64,000 bases of DNA, taken from Antedon mediterranea. Taxonomy: Eukaryota; Animalia; Echinodermata. The stretch spans positions 26,895,175-26,959,174 of the forward strand of contig NC_092677.1 of NCBI RefSeq assembly GCF_964355755.1, given 5' to 3'. The notes under the pieces were generated by a model that had not been told where the DNA came from, ran no database searches, and saw nothing but the letters and a program-made list of their open reading frames with translations. The position numbers and the translations under genes are program-made. This document shows positions 14,701 to 27,197 of this stretch, one piece after another. The stretch's first letter is position 1; each line of letters begins with the position of its first letter.

Positions 14701-17700
14701 TACTCTCTGTAATGACACTAACATTTTGATTATGATTCTTAATTTCTGTTATATATTTCACAATTTTATTTTGTAGAGAACAAGATGTTGATGAAAAAAT
14801 ATGGCAACAATTGCAAAAAGTAACCATGGCGATTGGGTCATACGAGCATGGTTTTGGCAAATCTGTCACCTGGAAAAGAAAAACCATCAATGAGGTTAAA
14901 AGCAAACTAAATGTCAGTATAAATGGGAATTGTTTAAAGAGACTATACCTGCAATTGTTGACGTTTTATAAAAACATTAAACCAGGTCATTTCTTGTCTT
15001 AGTTGTGCGTTCTAAGGTTAATTAATTATGATAAAAAGAGAAAAGCAGTGCACTACTACGGCAGTAGTAGCTTGTGTCAGATGTTCTCGCATAGACATGT
15101 CTAGGCCTAGCTTAGTTAAGCTTAGTTTTTTAGGTGGTAAAAAAGGTAACTTATACTAATTGTGGCTATAATACTGAAAACCTCTTTGTATTTTAGGCCT
15201 TGCAATTTCTGCCTTTTGAGCATCTCATACCGGTGAACCATGTAAGATGTCTGTTGGTTCTCTGCCTGCTGAACTACACTATGTCGTCACAAACATCAAC
15301 AGCAGTGGCTCAAGGAGTCCCAGACTGTCTGCTGTTGACACGATCCTTTTTAAAGACACTTTGTCAGACTGACATCCGTGGATCATTTCTTGAAATGTCA
15401 ATCGAGTGCAGATTATTAACATCGCTTACCTCATCCTTAATGAGGCAAACAGTGAGTATAAAATAATAGCTATATCTTAAGCTCTGTCTACACTATCAAA
15501 CTAGTTTGTAAAGTGCCCAAATATGGTAGTGATATACCCAAATATGGTAGTGATATGACCTGATCATCATCATTATCATGTATATGAGCATATCACATTT
15601 TTTTGTCACATAAAGTTTGATAGTGTAGACAGAACTTAAGAATTAATCAGTGGATCTAATAAATAGAAACCCATGACAGTTGTGGCATATCATTTTAGAA
15701 TATACCACCACAATTTGACAACTAAAGCTTGGTTCCCACTAGAACGTAACGCAAGGACGTAAACGCAACGCAAGCGTTTTAATCAATGACAAGCAAAGTT
15801 ATAGACAGTTAGCAATCACAAGCGAATAAGCCATCGCTTGTGATTGGTCAATTCACTTGCGTTGCGTTACGTCCTTGCGTTGCGTCGCTAGTGGGAACCA
15901 CGCTTAATTACATCAAATAAATAAAGTTGTGTGATCATAGCTTCACCACAAATACGTACTCGTATTTACATATAAACCAGATGAAATTTATTATATTAAT
16001 GTAGATATCAATGCCTTATGAAGAAGAACACAAAATAAGATCTGTCACTCATGATGTCATCTCAGCTCTACTTACGGCAGCTTTCAAGACTGACAATCAA
16101 TCTGTCTTAACAGAAATGTCACAACTAGTATGTACATCTTTTATTTTCTTTATTTCAACCTCAACAAGATAGTAAATCACAGGGAGTATTTTCAGACACA
16201 CCTGCTTTTCATAATGAATTTGAGGCTCCTTTTACCATGAAACAAATGCAGGTCCTAAAGGAGATAGACAATGTAACTAAACTACTGCATTATCTTCAAC
16301 ATTTTATAAATCATTTTTTTAATTAATTTCACCTGTAGTTGTTGACAGAACTGAAGAGAGTTAACACTACAGAAAGTGCGAGCATGTTGACAAGCAGCCG
16401 ACATTCAATAACATCGCTTCTTGCGCTTGTCTCGGTATTCATCAAACAAGCGACATCGTTTGCTAGACGAAAGAAGGAAGATCAGCAGATGTTGTTGAAC
16501 AAGCTAGGTGATTTGGCAGAAGCTTCCTTAAGGTTGATTAAATGTCTTCAAAAAGAGGATTGCCATCTGATTTGGCATCAAGAGATGATGTCAGATGGAG
16601 TTGCAGAGTCTGAAAACTCTTCAGAAAACTTACTTCTTTGCAACCTGCTTCTATTTTCTTCCGTTCTCCTCCGATATCACTCAGAGGTGTTTAATATATT
16701 GAAAGATAAAGATTTTGCAGAGTTTAAGACAAAATGGACTTGTGATTTCCTACCATTGCTGCAGAAGGTATTGCACATCAAAATGCAGAACAGCTCTAAC
16801 GTTGTCAAGAGAATCTTTGAGTTATTTCGGAGTATCTGCCTTGTTGCAGATGTCAGTGATGTTGTTTCTGGAGAGGATCTTGATAAGATGTGGTCTAGAA
16901 TTGTGCTGTACTTCAAATATGGTAGTAGAGAAAGAATAATTTTGTTGTTACCTTTTTCCAATTTTAATAGTTTGACAAAAAAAATGTGATGTTCCCAAAT
17001 ATGGTAGTGATATAATCATGTCCATATATGGGCATGTCACATTTTGTTGTCACGTAAAGTTTGATAGTGTAGACAGAGCTTTACTGCTTGCTGTAAATCA
17101 TTTTATATTCCTTTTGTTCATTTCTTATAGAAAATATTTTTTGGGGGATTTTTTTTATTAGGTTATGATGAAGATGCCAAGCTGTGTGGTCAGATAATAC
17201 TAAGCCATATGGATTCCTCTAGGTTTACTGACTGTTTCTGTCGCCTTAACACAACTTTAGTAAGTTCTTATCTAAAGCTCTGTGAATGTGCCTATATATG
17301 GACATGACGATGTCATATCTCTACCATATTTAAGCATTTCACTACCATATTTTGGCACATCACACTTTCTTTGTCAAACTAGTTTGATAGTGTAGACAGA
17401 GCTTAATAATCTGTATATATAAATATATAGGTAAAAGTGAGTCCCGTGTTCATTCTTAATGTAGGGGAATAAGCTGAATAAGCTTATTGCCCTAAGTAGT
17501 AGAGTGCTCAGTTCCTTTCCACACTGGTTTTTTCCTCCTAATATCTCAACCAGTTGAGAGACCTTGGAGTTGAACATCATCGTCATCTATTGCAACTCCC
17601 TCTACCGTATATAGTACGATATCAGTTACTTTGACTTTGAGTCACTTTTTATCATGTTTGTGTCATCAATCATTGTTTAATTGAATATTTGTTTAGGAAT

Positions 17701-20700
17701 CTCAGAATGAAGAGGAAATGACAAGTATATTGACAACTTTGAAAATCATTCCATCAGCTAATCTTCTACAGCATGACAGTTGGCAGGCACTGAAGGAACA
17801 TACTCCTCGGGTATGGATCAGAAACTGTCTAAAGCTCTGTCTACACTATCAAACTAGTTTGAAAAAGTGTGATGTGCTCAAATATGGTATTGACATCATC
17901 ATGTTTGATAGTGTAGACAGAGCTTTAATCAACATTATTGTGCATGGAAAAGCTATGTACTATGTAAAAGTTCCTAAACTTCATGTGTAAAGTGGTAAAA
18001 GAAAACATACAGATACCATGCTGTTAAATCAATGTGTTCTTCTCAGGTTGTTGCTGCTCTGTTGCGTTACCTGTATTCTCTACAACCAGTTTCTTTATCT
18101 AATGTGAACCATGTCATTGAAGCTGGCAATGTTTTAATTTGTATACTGAAACAAGGAAAAGTAAGTCTTTACTTCATACCTGTCAAACCCTGCAAAAGAA
18201 AGGATGCTGTACCTAGTCCCCAGTAGAGGGCCTAATTGTACTCTAAAGGCCCATTTACACTAGGACGATAAGGATCTATGATAAATAGATAAGCATGCAT
18301 TTTTCTTTCATAAAACAAAAGAAATTAGAAAGATTTCGTTCTGGAACTATATAATCATTTATCATAATCTTTGATAAAATTCATTTTTTTTAAAACCCAA
18401 TTAAATGACATCATGATTAATAAAAACTATAAAATCGTTGTATTTGTCATGATATTATTGCTCTTATCAATTAAATCATGAAGTCATTTGATCGGATGTG
18501 TGAAAATATCATTTCCATCAAAATGAGCATAGATGGTTATCTTTAGTTATAGGATGAAAACTTGTTTAGATTTCTTTTGTTTTATGAAAAATGCATATTT
18601 ATCTATCATCAATCGTCATCGTTCTAGTGTAAATGGACCTTTAATTCTAATGTTTTCTTTTGATATTTTTCAATTTTTTTTCTTTTTAGGATTTAGTTGC
18701 AGCCAAGGTAGCCATGACAACCTTACACGTGGTTCATCTTATTCCATTGGTGGATCTCCCTAATGAATGTTTTTCAGAATGTTTTACAATGCTGTTCCGT
18801 CTTTTGAACACACTCCTTTTGCAGTTTTCAAAACAACTTGTCCCATCTCTTCCAAGTTTTCTCCAGTGTGTTAAATATATCCTTTATTAGTGTTTACTTA
18901 TTTAAAAATATCAGAGATTTGTATATTTCTTGATGTTGATTGAACCTTGACCTTACATCACATCTGTTGACCTCTGTTATGTTCCATGGAAGAGAAGCAC
19001 TTGGAAAGAGTGATAATAAAGTGCCGGAAAAAATACTGCTTCAGTGTGCTGAAGATTTGGATAGGTTTGTCATTTTAAAGTAATACAGTACCCCCCACTT
19101 CCCAACCCCCTTCCCTCTTTTTGATATCCCTATTAAGGATACACTTTGATGTGAAACGAATGAGGACAACATATATTGCAATACTAAAAGCAACCTCTTA
19201 TCATGGAACAACCATATTAAGGATACACTTTGATGTGAAACGAATGAGGACAACATATATTGCAATACTAAAAGCAACCTCTTATCATAGAACAACCATA
19301 TTAAGGGTACACTTTGATGTGCTTGGTCCTCAATGTGTTCACCTATTAGAGGTTCTAATGTAATCAATATAAAATAAATACAATATTTTATGTAAAATAA
19401 CATTTATTAGAATAATGACACTTTGGCCTCAACTACTATTAAAACTATATCAAATGGTTAAATTGCAGAAAAGTTAACTTGTGTCACTCATTAAACTGTT
19501 TGTTTTAACTCATTAAATCAATTGTTCATTTAGTTTTACCTTTGCCTTTCTCATAATCTTGATCTAACCAAGAAAACATTGTTATCTTCTTTTTGTATCA
19601 TTAACCAAATCAAATATCATTTGTGTCATCTTTGGATACAATTTAGTTTCAACTTTGCCTTCTCATAAGCTTGATCTAGATCTTTACATTTGACCTTATT
19701 GACCTCGTTTTTCTTTTTAATCAGATTATTAACACTTTTAACTTGTCACAAAGAAGATGTACAGAAAGTGATAGTAGTTATAATTGCTGAGTACATCAAT
19801 CAATTACAAAAGGGGACAATGCATTCTGCAGTTAAGGTAAAATATAATTATTTCTACTTTTGATAATACTATTATTCCAAAGCAAACTACTGTACAGTGA
19901 TACTCAGTTTTAAGCCCATATTCTACTATAAGCCCATCCATTCCTGTTTAATTACCAGGGTATGAAATTTGGCAAACATTAGGTTATACTCGGATTGCCT
20001 TAAAGCTCTGTCTGCACTATCAAACTATGTTACAAAAAAATGTGATGTGCCCATATATTGACTTGATGATGTCATATCACTACCATATTTGGGCGCATCA
20101 TTAACAATTGAATTGTCTTTTGTCCAAATTTAGCCAAATTAGGGGATGGGTTTATACACAAATATGGGATTATATTCCGGTCATATACAGTTATTTTCTA
20201 GTAATGCAAAAGAAAAATTGCTACATCTTAACATCCAATTTCATATTCAATGCAATATGCTGGTACTGTAAATACTATGGTATTTAGAAATCAAATATAA
20301 CATATTGCTTTTTAAATACAGTATACATAGTGTTAAGCTCTGTCTGTACCATCAAAAAAGTGTGATGTGCCCAGATATAGTAGTGATATACCCAAATATG
20401 GTAGTGATATGACATCATCATGTCCATATATGGGTACATCACATTTGTTTGTCACATAAAGTTTGATAGTGTAGACAGAGGTTTACATTCTTATAACCCA
20501 GTGGTGTGATAGCTTCTCATGTCTACACCAAATCGGTGTTATCACAATGAGAAGGTAACATAACTCAAGATATACTGTAGGTGTGCACAATATTTAATAA
20601 TAACATTTACTGACTGATCAAGATCATGTTTACATTTCAGAAATCTTTAGAAAATGGCGTCAACAACATAGTGTCGGTGTGCGATGATAAATCGCTGTCG

Positions 20701-20796
20701 CTACTCGGCGCCACTCTACCAGACAGCCTCAAAGAAATTTACAAGAACTTTTACTCCGACTACAGGAAACATTTCAAATACACAGGACGTGTATAA
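5725..20796 (+). CDS. URB2: URB2/Npa2 nucleolar pre-60S ribosome biogenesis factor (multi-exon; first coding exon not located)
   Basis: Phase-consistent exons: 5725-5875, 6825-7080, 7827-7970, 8357-8481, 9729-9861, 10423-10490, 11075-11309, 11428-11510, 11702-11956, 12173-12494, 12619-12846, 12968-13111, 13297-13565, 14138-14230, 14777-14912, 15197-15451, 16005-16127, 16339-16921, 17162-17259, 17697-17810, 18047-18160, 18690-18876, 18962-19064, 19725-19836, 20641-20796 (TAA). N-terminal peptide [30 protein letters not shown], internal WYRCLHHMVELNHLLVEP and C-terminus LENGVNNIVSVCDDKSLSLLGATLPDSLKEIYKNFYSDYRKHFKYTGRV match my recollection of vertebrate URB2 and the Urb2/Npa2 C-terminal domain. 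Confidence 0.92.
6559..6692. mobile_element. Tc1/mariner(pogo)-like MITE remnant
   Basis: TACTGTACATGACCC...GGTCATATACAGTA termini. Related fragments at ~7190-7525, ~12525-12560, ~19890-20190. Confidence 0.55.
10770..11030 (+). mobile_element. tRNA-derived SINE with Deu/Nin-like central domain
   Basis: A-box TGGCCGAGCGG (duplicated), B-box GGTTCGAGGCC, then GGATAAGGACTATAAACCGTAGGTCC...TAAAGAACCC...GAGTAGGGGGTTACCCCGGTG, which resembles the DeuSINE/Nin core as I recall it. Confidence 0.7.
15726..15904. mobile_element. MITE family B (PIF/Harbinger-like)
   Basis: TIR AGCTTGGTTCCCACTAG...CTAGTGGGAACCACGCT, TAA TSD on both sides, long internal inverted repeat (CGCAAGGACGTAA / TTACGTCCTTGCG). 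Related copies at ~34914-35066 and ~25220-25325. Confidence 0.85.
18247..18640. mobile_element. MITE family C (PIF/Harbinger-like)
   Basis: TIR AGGCCCATTTACACTAGGACGAT...ATCGTTCTAGTGTAAATGGACCT. A collapsed 62-bp copy at 2134-2195 is flanked by a TAA TSD. Confidence 0.8.
18877..18961 (+). other. U12-type (minor spliceosome) AT-AC intron in URB2
   Basis: 5' end ATATCCTTT, branch site CCTTGAC at 18945-18951, 3' end CAC. Removal restores the frame (CVK-Y-LLTSVMFHGR); read-through hits TAG. Confidence 0.9.
19125..19341. repeat. 84-bp tandem duplication inside a mariner-like MITE remnant
   Basis: ATTAAGGATACACTTTGATGTG... about 2.3 copies, ending in AGAGGTTCTAATGTA. Confidence 0.7.
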
Positions 20797-21066
20797 ACAT
20801 GTATTTACGCAGGCGTACATAATTTGTTACAACTAAGTAGATATTTTTTCCCTAGAAAATGAAACTAAGTATTAAATACTAATTAATCCTCTCACTAATG
20901 CAATTGAAAGAACTTTCTAGTTTTTAAACGCAATTATAGGAATGCGTGATGGTCAAAAACTCACAGACTCCTATAGCACTATTACTACATTATCATTTGC
21001 TATGTTGCATTATATTATTCATGTTCATCTGTCTACTGCTAAAGACATCTGTATGTGGTACACAAC

Positions 21067-24000
21067 CTACAACGCCACTATCAAACCTACGATGGCGGAG
21101 AGTAGGATGACCTTAAAAGGTCGACAATCTAAATAAAAGAAAATAATATTGTTTTAATCCATATATTTTTTGTCATTGGTATAAGAAATGTAAGCATATA
21201 TGCATCCTTAATTGAGGGCCGTTGTTTAATGCGCAAAATGATGTAATCTTTCATAATGAGCAAAGGTTGTTTTTTTGTTCAAATACATTATGGTCTACAA
21301 CACTGAAACACATGTAAACTGTATAATAATTGCACTCTCATGCCTTTCTATGAAGACTATTAAGGGTCAATGGATGTCCAGTATGATTGACCATAACATC
21401 TTAAACTAGGTCCTAGTATTTTTGTCTTGAATTGTGTATCAATTTACCTTGGGCACCACTGTTGTCTTCAGTATATTTCATTGGTTCTGTAGGCTTCATA
21501 GTGCCGCTGGTGACTGGAACACCTGTGTGAACAAGATGTATACGGTTGTTACTGTTAAACATTGACACGTATAGGACGTACACGTATAGGACGTACACGT
21601 ATAGGACGTACACGTATAGGATGTACACGTATAGGACGTACACGTATAGGACGTACACGTATAGGACGTACACGTATAGGACGTACACGTATAGGACGTA
21701 CACGTATAGGACGTACACGTATAGGACGTACACGTATAGGACGTACACGTATAGGACGTACACGTATAGGCCGTACACGTATAGGACGTACACGTATAGG
21801 ACGTACACGTATAGGACGTACACGTATAGGACGTACACGTATAGGACGTACACGTATAGGCCGTACACGTATAGGACGTACACGTATAGGACGTACACGT
21901 ATAGGACGTACACGTATAGGACGTACACGTATAGGACGTACACGTATAGGACGTACACGTATAGGACGTACACGTATAGGCCGTACACGTATAGGACGTA
22001 CACGTATAGGACGTACACGTATAGGACGTACACGTATAGGACGTACACGTATAGGACGTACACGTATAGGACGTACACGTATAGGACGTACACGTCTAGG
22101 ACGTACACGTATAGGACGTACACGTATAGGACGTACACGTATAGGCCGTACACGTATAGGACGTACACGTATAGGACGTACACGTATAGGACGTACACGT
22201 ATAGGACGTACACGTATAGGACGTACACGTATAGGCCGTACACGTATAGGACGTACACGTATAGGACGTACACGTATAGGACGTACACGTATAGGCCGTA
22301 CACGTATAGGACGTACACGTATAGGACGTACACGTATAGGCCGTACACGTATAGGACGTACACGTATAGGACGTACACGTATAGGACGTACACGTATAGG
22401 ACGTACACGTATAGGACGTACACGTATAGGACGTACACGTATAGGCCGTACACGTATAGGACGTACACGTATAGGACGTACACGTATAGGACGTACACGT
22501 ATAGGCCGTACACGTATAGGACGTACACGTATAGGACGTACACGTATAGGACGTACACGTATAGGACGTACACGTATAGGACGTACACGTATAGGACGTA
22601 CACGTATAGGCCGTACACGTATAGGACGTACACGTATAGGACGTACACGTATAGGACGTACACGTATAGGCCGTACACGTATAGGACGTACACGTATAGG
22701 ACGTACACGTATAGGACGTACACGTATAGGACGTACACGTATAGGACGTACACGTCTAGGACGTACACGTATAGGACGTACACGTATAGGCCGTACACGT
22801 ATAGGACGTACACGTATAGGACGTACACGTATAGGACGTACACGTATAGGACGTACACATATAGGACGTACACGTATAGGACGTACACGTATAGGACGTA
22901 CACATATAGGGCGTACACGTATAGGACGTACACGTATAGGACTTACACGTATAGGACGTACACGTATAGGGCGTACACGTATAGGACGTACCCTTTCTGG
23001 GGTGTACAGGACAGGACGTACACTCTAGGACAGGACGTACACTCTAGGACAGGCCGTACACTCTAGGACAGGCCGTACACGTATAGGACGTACCCTTTCT
23101 GGGGTGTACAAAACAGGACGTACACTCTAGGACAGGACGTACACTCTAGGACAGGACGTACACTCTAGGACAGGGCGTACACTCTAGGACAGGGCGTACA
23201 CTCTAGGACAGGGCGTACACGTATAGGACGTACCCTTTCTGGGGTGTACAGGACAGGACGTACACTCTAGGACAGGGCGTACACGTATAGGACGTACCCT
23301 TTCTGGGGTGTACAAGACAGGACGTACACTCTAGGACAGGACGTACACGTATAGGACTTACCCTTTCTGGGGTGTACAAGACAGGACGTACACTCTAGGA
23401 CAGGGCATACACGTTTAGGACGTACCCAGTCTGGGATGTACACGACATGACGTACACATCTAGGACATGACGTACACGTCTAAGGCAGGACGTACATATC
23501 TAGGACAAGGCGTACACGTCGAGGACATGGCGTACACGTCGAGGACATTGCGTACACGTCTAAGGCAGGACGTACACGTTTAGGACAGGGCGTACACGTT
23601 TAGGACAGGGCGTACACGTCCAAGGCAGGACGTACACGTCCAAGGCAGGACGTACACGTCTAAGGCAGGACGTACACATCTAGGACACGGCGTACACGTT
23701 TAGGACAGGCCGTACACGTCTATGACAGGACGTACACGTCTAGGTCAGGGCGTACACGTCTAGGACAGGGCATACACGTCTAAGACAGGACGTACACGTC
23801 CAGGACAGGACGTATAACACGTCTAGGACAGGGCGTACACGTCCAGGACAGGGCGTACACGTCTAGGACAGGGCGTACGCGTCTAGGAAAATGCGTACAC
23901 GTCTAGGACAGGACGTACACGTCTAGGACAAGGCGTACACGTCTAGGACAGGGCGTACACGTCTAGGACAGGGCGTACACGTCCAGGACAGGGCGTACAC

Positions 24001-26710
24001 GTCTAGGACAGGGCGTACACGTCGAGGACAGGACGTACACGCCGAGGACAGGACGTATGTGTGTAGATCATATTTGATAGACCTCCATGGATGTTTGGTT
24101 GATTTTAAATATTGATATGAAAATGTACCACATTGTATTGAACCCCAATATTCCAATGATTTTTCATCCCTGAAGTGGTATACACACGAAGAGACACATT
24201 TTTTGACGTGCGCGTCCGAATACTGATAATGATAAGGCTTTTGTACGCGCGTAAATGCTATGTATCATGTGAAGAATAGGGCATTTGTTTCACGCAAGCC
24301 TTTTTAACAATATAACAAAACTCTTTATGTTTTGGTACCGTACCCTGATAGTGTGTCGTTTTCTGGACCACAGGTTTATCAGTACTGTGTTGTGGTCCTT
24401 CACTAGAAACAGGTTCATTGCTAGAAGTTGCACCATTAATTTCTAAAATAAAAAAACAATTCAATCGGTTACCATTTTGTTACGACTTTATCACGCGCAC
24501 GTACGGCGTCAATGTTGTGTCTCTTCAGCATGGACCAGTGTGAGACACAATGTTGACGCGCGCGTTCAAATGCTCAACTTTTGTACGCATGCACGCGCGC
24601 GTCAACTGTGTCTGGTGAAAACATTTTATAAAAAACCGTTGAAGTACGATCATTCCTTATGTTGTGCAGATATAAAGACGAAACATAGATGTTACGTACC
24701 AACAACATTAACTTGGATATTTCGACGGCGAGTTTTAAAATCAACGGTGACTTGATTGCTGTTTCTTATATAAACATCAGCAACACATTCATACACGCCT
24801 CTGTCGCTTTCATCCACTTCTTTGATTTCTAGGTATTCTCCTTTTTGTATTCGGAATTTATCATTTGACTCGCTAATGACATTTTTATTTTTCCTCCACT
24901 CGTATTTAGTTTCATTTACTGAAGTAACTTGGCATGCTATTCGTTCGTTTTGGCCGCCGACAGTGAGAGTTTGATTGGTACGTAATCCATTGAATTCTGG
25001 CTCTTCTGAAATCAGAAATCGAGAACAAACTTAATCATACAGTACTAAACTAAACAATCATATTATGTTCGTATTTCGGGTAATATGGAAATGTGTAGAC
25101 TATGAATAACAACACTATACTCGAAAGTCCCATATTTTTCTACTCTTATGACACACCAAGCAGCAGAGCAATGAAACATTAGGTTCTTACTGCATCTCCT
25201 ACTGTATTTGAACACTCAGTAGGACGCAACGCAAGCAAGTTGACCAATGGTAAGACAGTTTGAACAATCCATCGTCTCTGATTGGTCAAATCACTTGTAT
25301 TGCGTCTTTAGTGCGGAAACCAAGCATTAACCAATACAATAAAGACAGATACTTACGGTACACGTACAAATGAATGAAGTCGTTACCATCATCATTTGAA
25401 CACGAGTAATTTCCCTGGTTTCCAAATTGGACACTTGTTATCTCTAATTGCACGAGTGTGAGATTGGAGTTGGCCACTTGTAACGAAAATAAAAAATCAT
25501 TAATTTGTATTGTCCCCCAAAATCATGAAAAATTTATTAATTAAATCAGACTTTGAATATGTTATTTTGTAGTTTTAAAAAGTTAATCACTTTCGTAGAA
25601 AATAAAAAACAAAACAAAATAATGTTTTCACTTCTAAAGTGACAAAATAAATGCTTAAATTCAACCAAAACCCCATTGGCTGGCAGTTAATTTGACCATT
25701 TTTTTCTTTAAATTACAGTTTTTCCAGGTAAATACATTTTTTTTTCAATCCAATTTTTGGTCAAAGTGGATAACTATTAGGTGATATTAAAATGGCATAT
25801 TTAACCAAAATGTTGAATTATTTTTTCTGGGGGACAATACATCTTTAAACTACCTGTAGGCCTATAACACATTATCCACGGCGATGAATTAAGCTCTGTC
25901 TCTACACATCAAATTTTATGGGACAAAACATATATGATTCATTCAAGATTAGTTATAAATGAGTTATATTTTGAGTATTTATTTGCTGTTTGAAAAGGAA
26001 GTATGAATATAAAAGATAAAAAGAGATTAACTCGAAATAACAAAAAGTAGGCCTAACTACCTCCTTCTGGTATGTCTTCTCCGTCATACTGCCACTTGGG
26101 CCGCTGTGTTCCGTCGGTAAATCCGCAAAATGCTTTGAAATCTTCTCCGACTTTCCTTGTAGCAAAGTTACCGACGGGTGTCACGTGGACTGAGCCATCT
26201 ACACACAAAAGCAAGTTTATGCTATTTATAATATAAAGACTTTTGGAAAGAAAATACTCAGTCAGACTCAGACTGACATGTTAAGCTCTGTTTACACCAT
26301 CACACTAGTTTGACAAAAAGGTGTGATATGCCCAAATATGGTAGTTATGATATGCTCAAATATGGTAGTGATAATATGACATCATCATGTCCATGGGCAC
26401 ATCATTTTTTTTGTCACATAAAGTTTGATAGTGTAGACAGAATTGTAGAATATTGTTACAATTATTTAGGCTTACATAGGTGGTCCACTAAAGTCTTTCG
26501 TTTGGTTATTATTTTACGTTGTTTTCCTCATCGTCAAAATTGAAACTCTCACTATTATTGCGACACTACAAAAAGGCGTTACCGGCAGAACATACTTAAA
26601 AGTCTTTTCAATCCAAAATCTAATTTATTAACTGATTTATGTTATAACAGCAGCTTACCTGTATCCTGTAAAACAAATACAGCAAACAATATCAAACTTA
26701 ATGCCTTCAT
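21067..26710 (-). CDS. Secreted-pathway, probably GPI-anchored two-Ig-domain cell-surface protein (NCAM/Fasciclin-2-like Ig1-Ig2), ~283 aa
   Basis: Exons (minus): 26710-26659 (MKALSLILFAVFVLQDT signal peptide); 26198-26061 and 25476-25357 (Ig1: AFC..PKW..GNYSC); 25005-24700 (Ig2: IAC..YEWRK..YLEIKEVDESDRGVYEC..NIQVNV); 24442-24344 and 21522-21448 (S/T/P stalk ending EDNSGAQ); 21128-21067 (CRPFKVILLSAIVGLIVAL*). All introns are GT-AG and phase 1, and the frame stays open. Confidence 0.85.
21565..24057. repeat. CpG-rich minisatellite: ~95 x 15-bp (GTACACGTATAGGAC) grading into 19/20-bp units
   Basis: Direct reading; lies in intron 5 of the minus-strand Ig gene. Confidence 0.97.
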
Positions 26711-27197
26711 AATGGTACTATAATTCATATAATATCGACAGCAGAGGAGCAGTTGACAATCACACTGTTTAGACCTTCTCTACTTAGTTTTCTAGTTTTT
26801 ATATTGAAACTAAAATAATCGTTATTTGCTGCCATACACGATCCTGAAACCGGAAACATCGGAAATATGCTCACTCAGATGTAAAAAAAAACACGTTTGT
26901 AAACCGCGCGCCGTCAGTAATAATCTAAACAAACAATGTATAATTGAATAAACTGATTTATTTTATTGCATTTTGTTTTCATTTAAATTGTGATCCCGGG
27001 CTTCGTGATTAAACTTTAATTTGGTATTCCTATTAATTAATAATTCACATTAGAAAAGTTTTGTAACTTAAGTTTTAAGTAACTTCCGCGTTTGTGACTA
27101 ACTATAGAGTGCGCACTTGGCAGTCGAACTGGCAGACTATGATATCATCACGCGAAGATATTTTTATACCAATCAAAACAACACGAAAACGACGATC
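26711..27197. promoter_or_regulatory. Putative bidirectional promoter between the Ig gene and SORL1
   Basis: Divergent ATGs separated by 487 bp. Local CpGs (CCGCGCGCCG ~26904), ETS-like CCGGAAA/TCGGAAA at ~26850-26865, ACTTCCG at ~27082, CCAAT at ~27169. Confidence 0.55.

Noticed and set aside
14913-14985. Longer URB2 exon ending at CAG/GT 14985
   Set aside because: Gives phase 1, incompatible with the next exon; the donor at 14913 (GTCAGT) gives the required phase 0.
21413-23066. Three ~500-aa ORFs (YVYVL, RTYTY, TRIGR repeats)
   Set aside because: Translations of a stop-free 15-bp satellite inside an intron; no splice or domain support. Only the tail of the minus ORF overlaps a real exon (21448-21522).
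27117-27197. TTG start given for the SORL1 first-exon ORF
   Set aside because: ATG at 27198 (ATCATGG context) directly precedes the signal peptide and is the plausible start.
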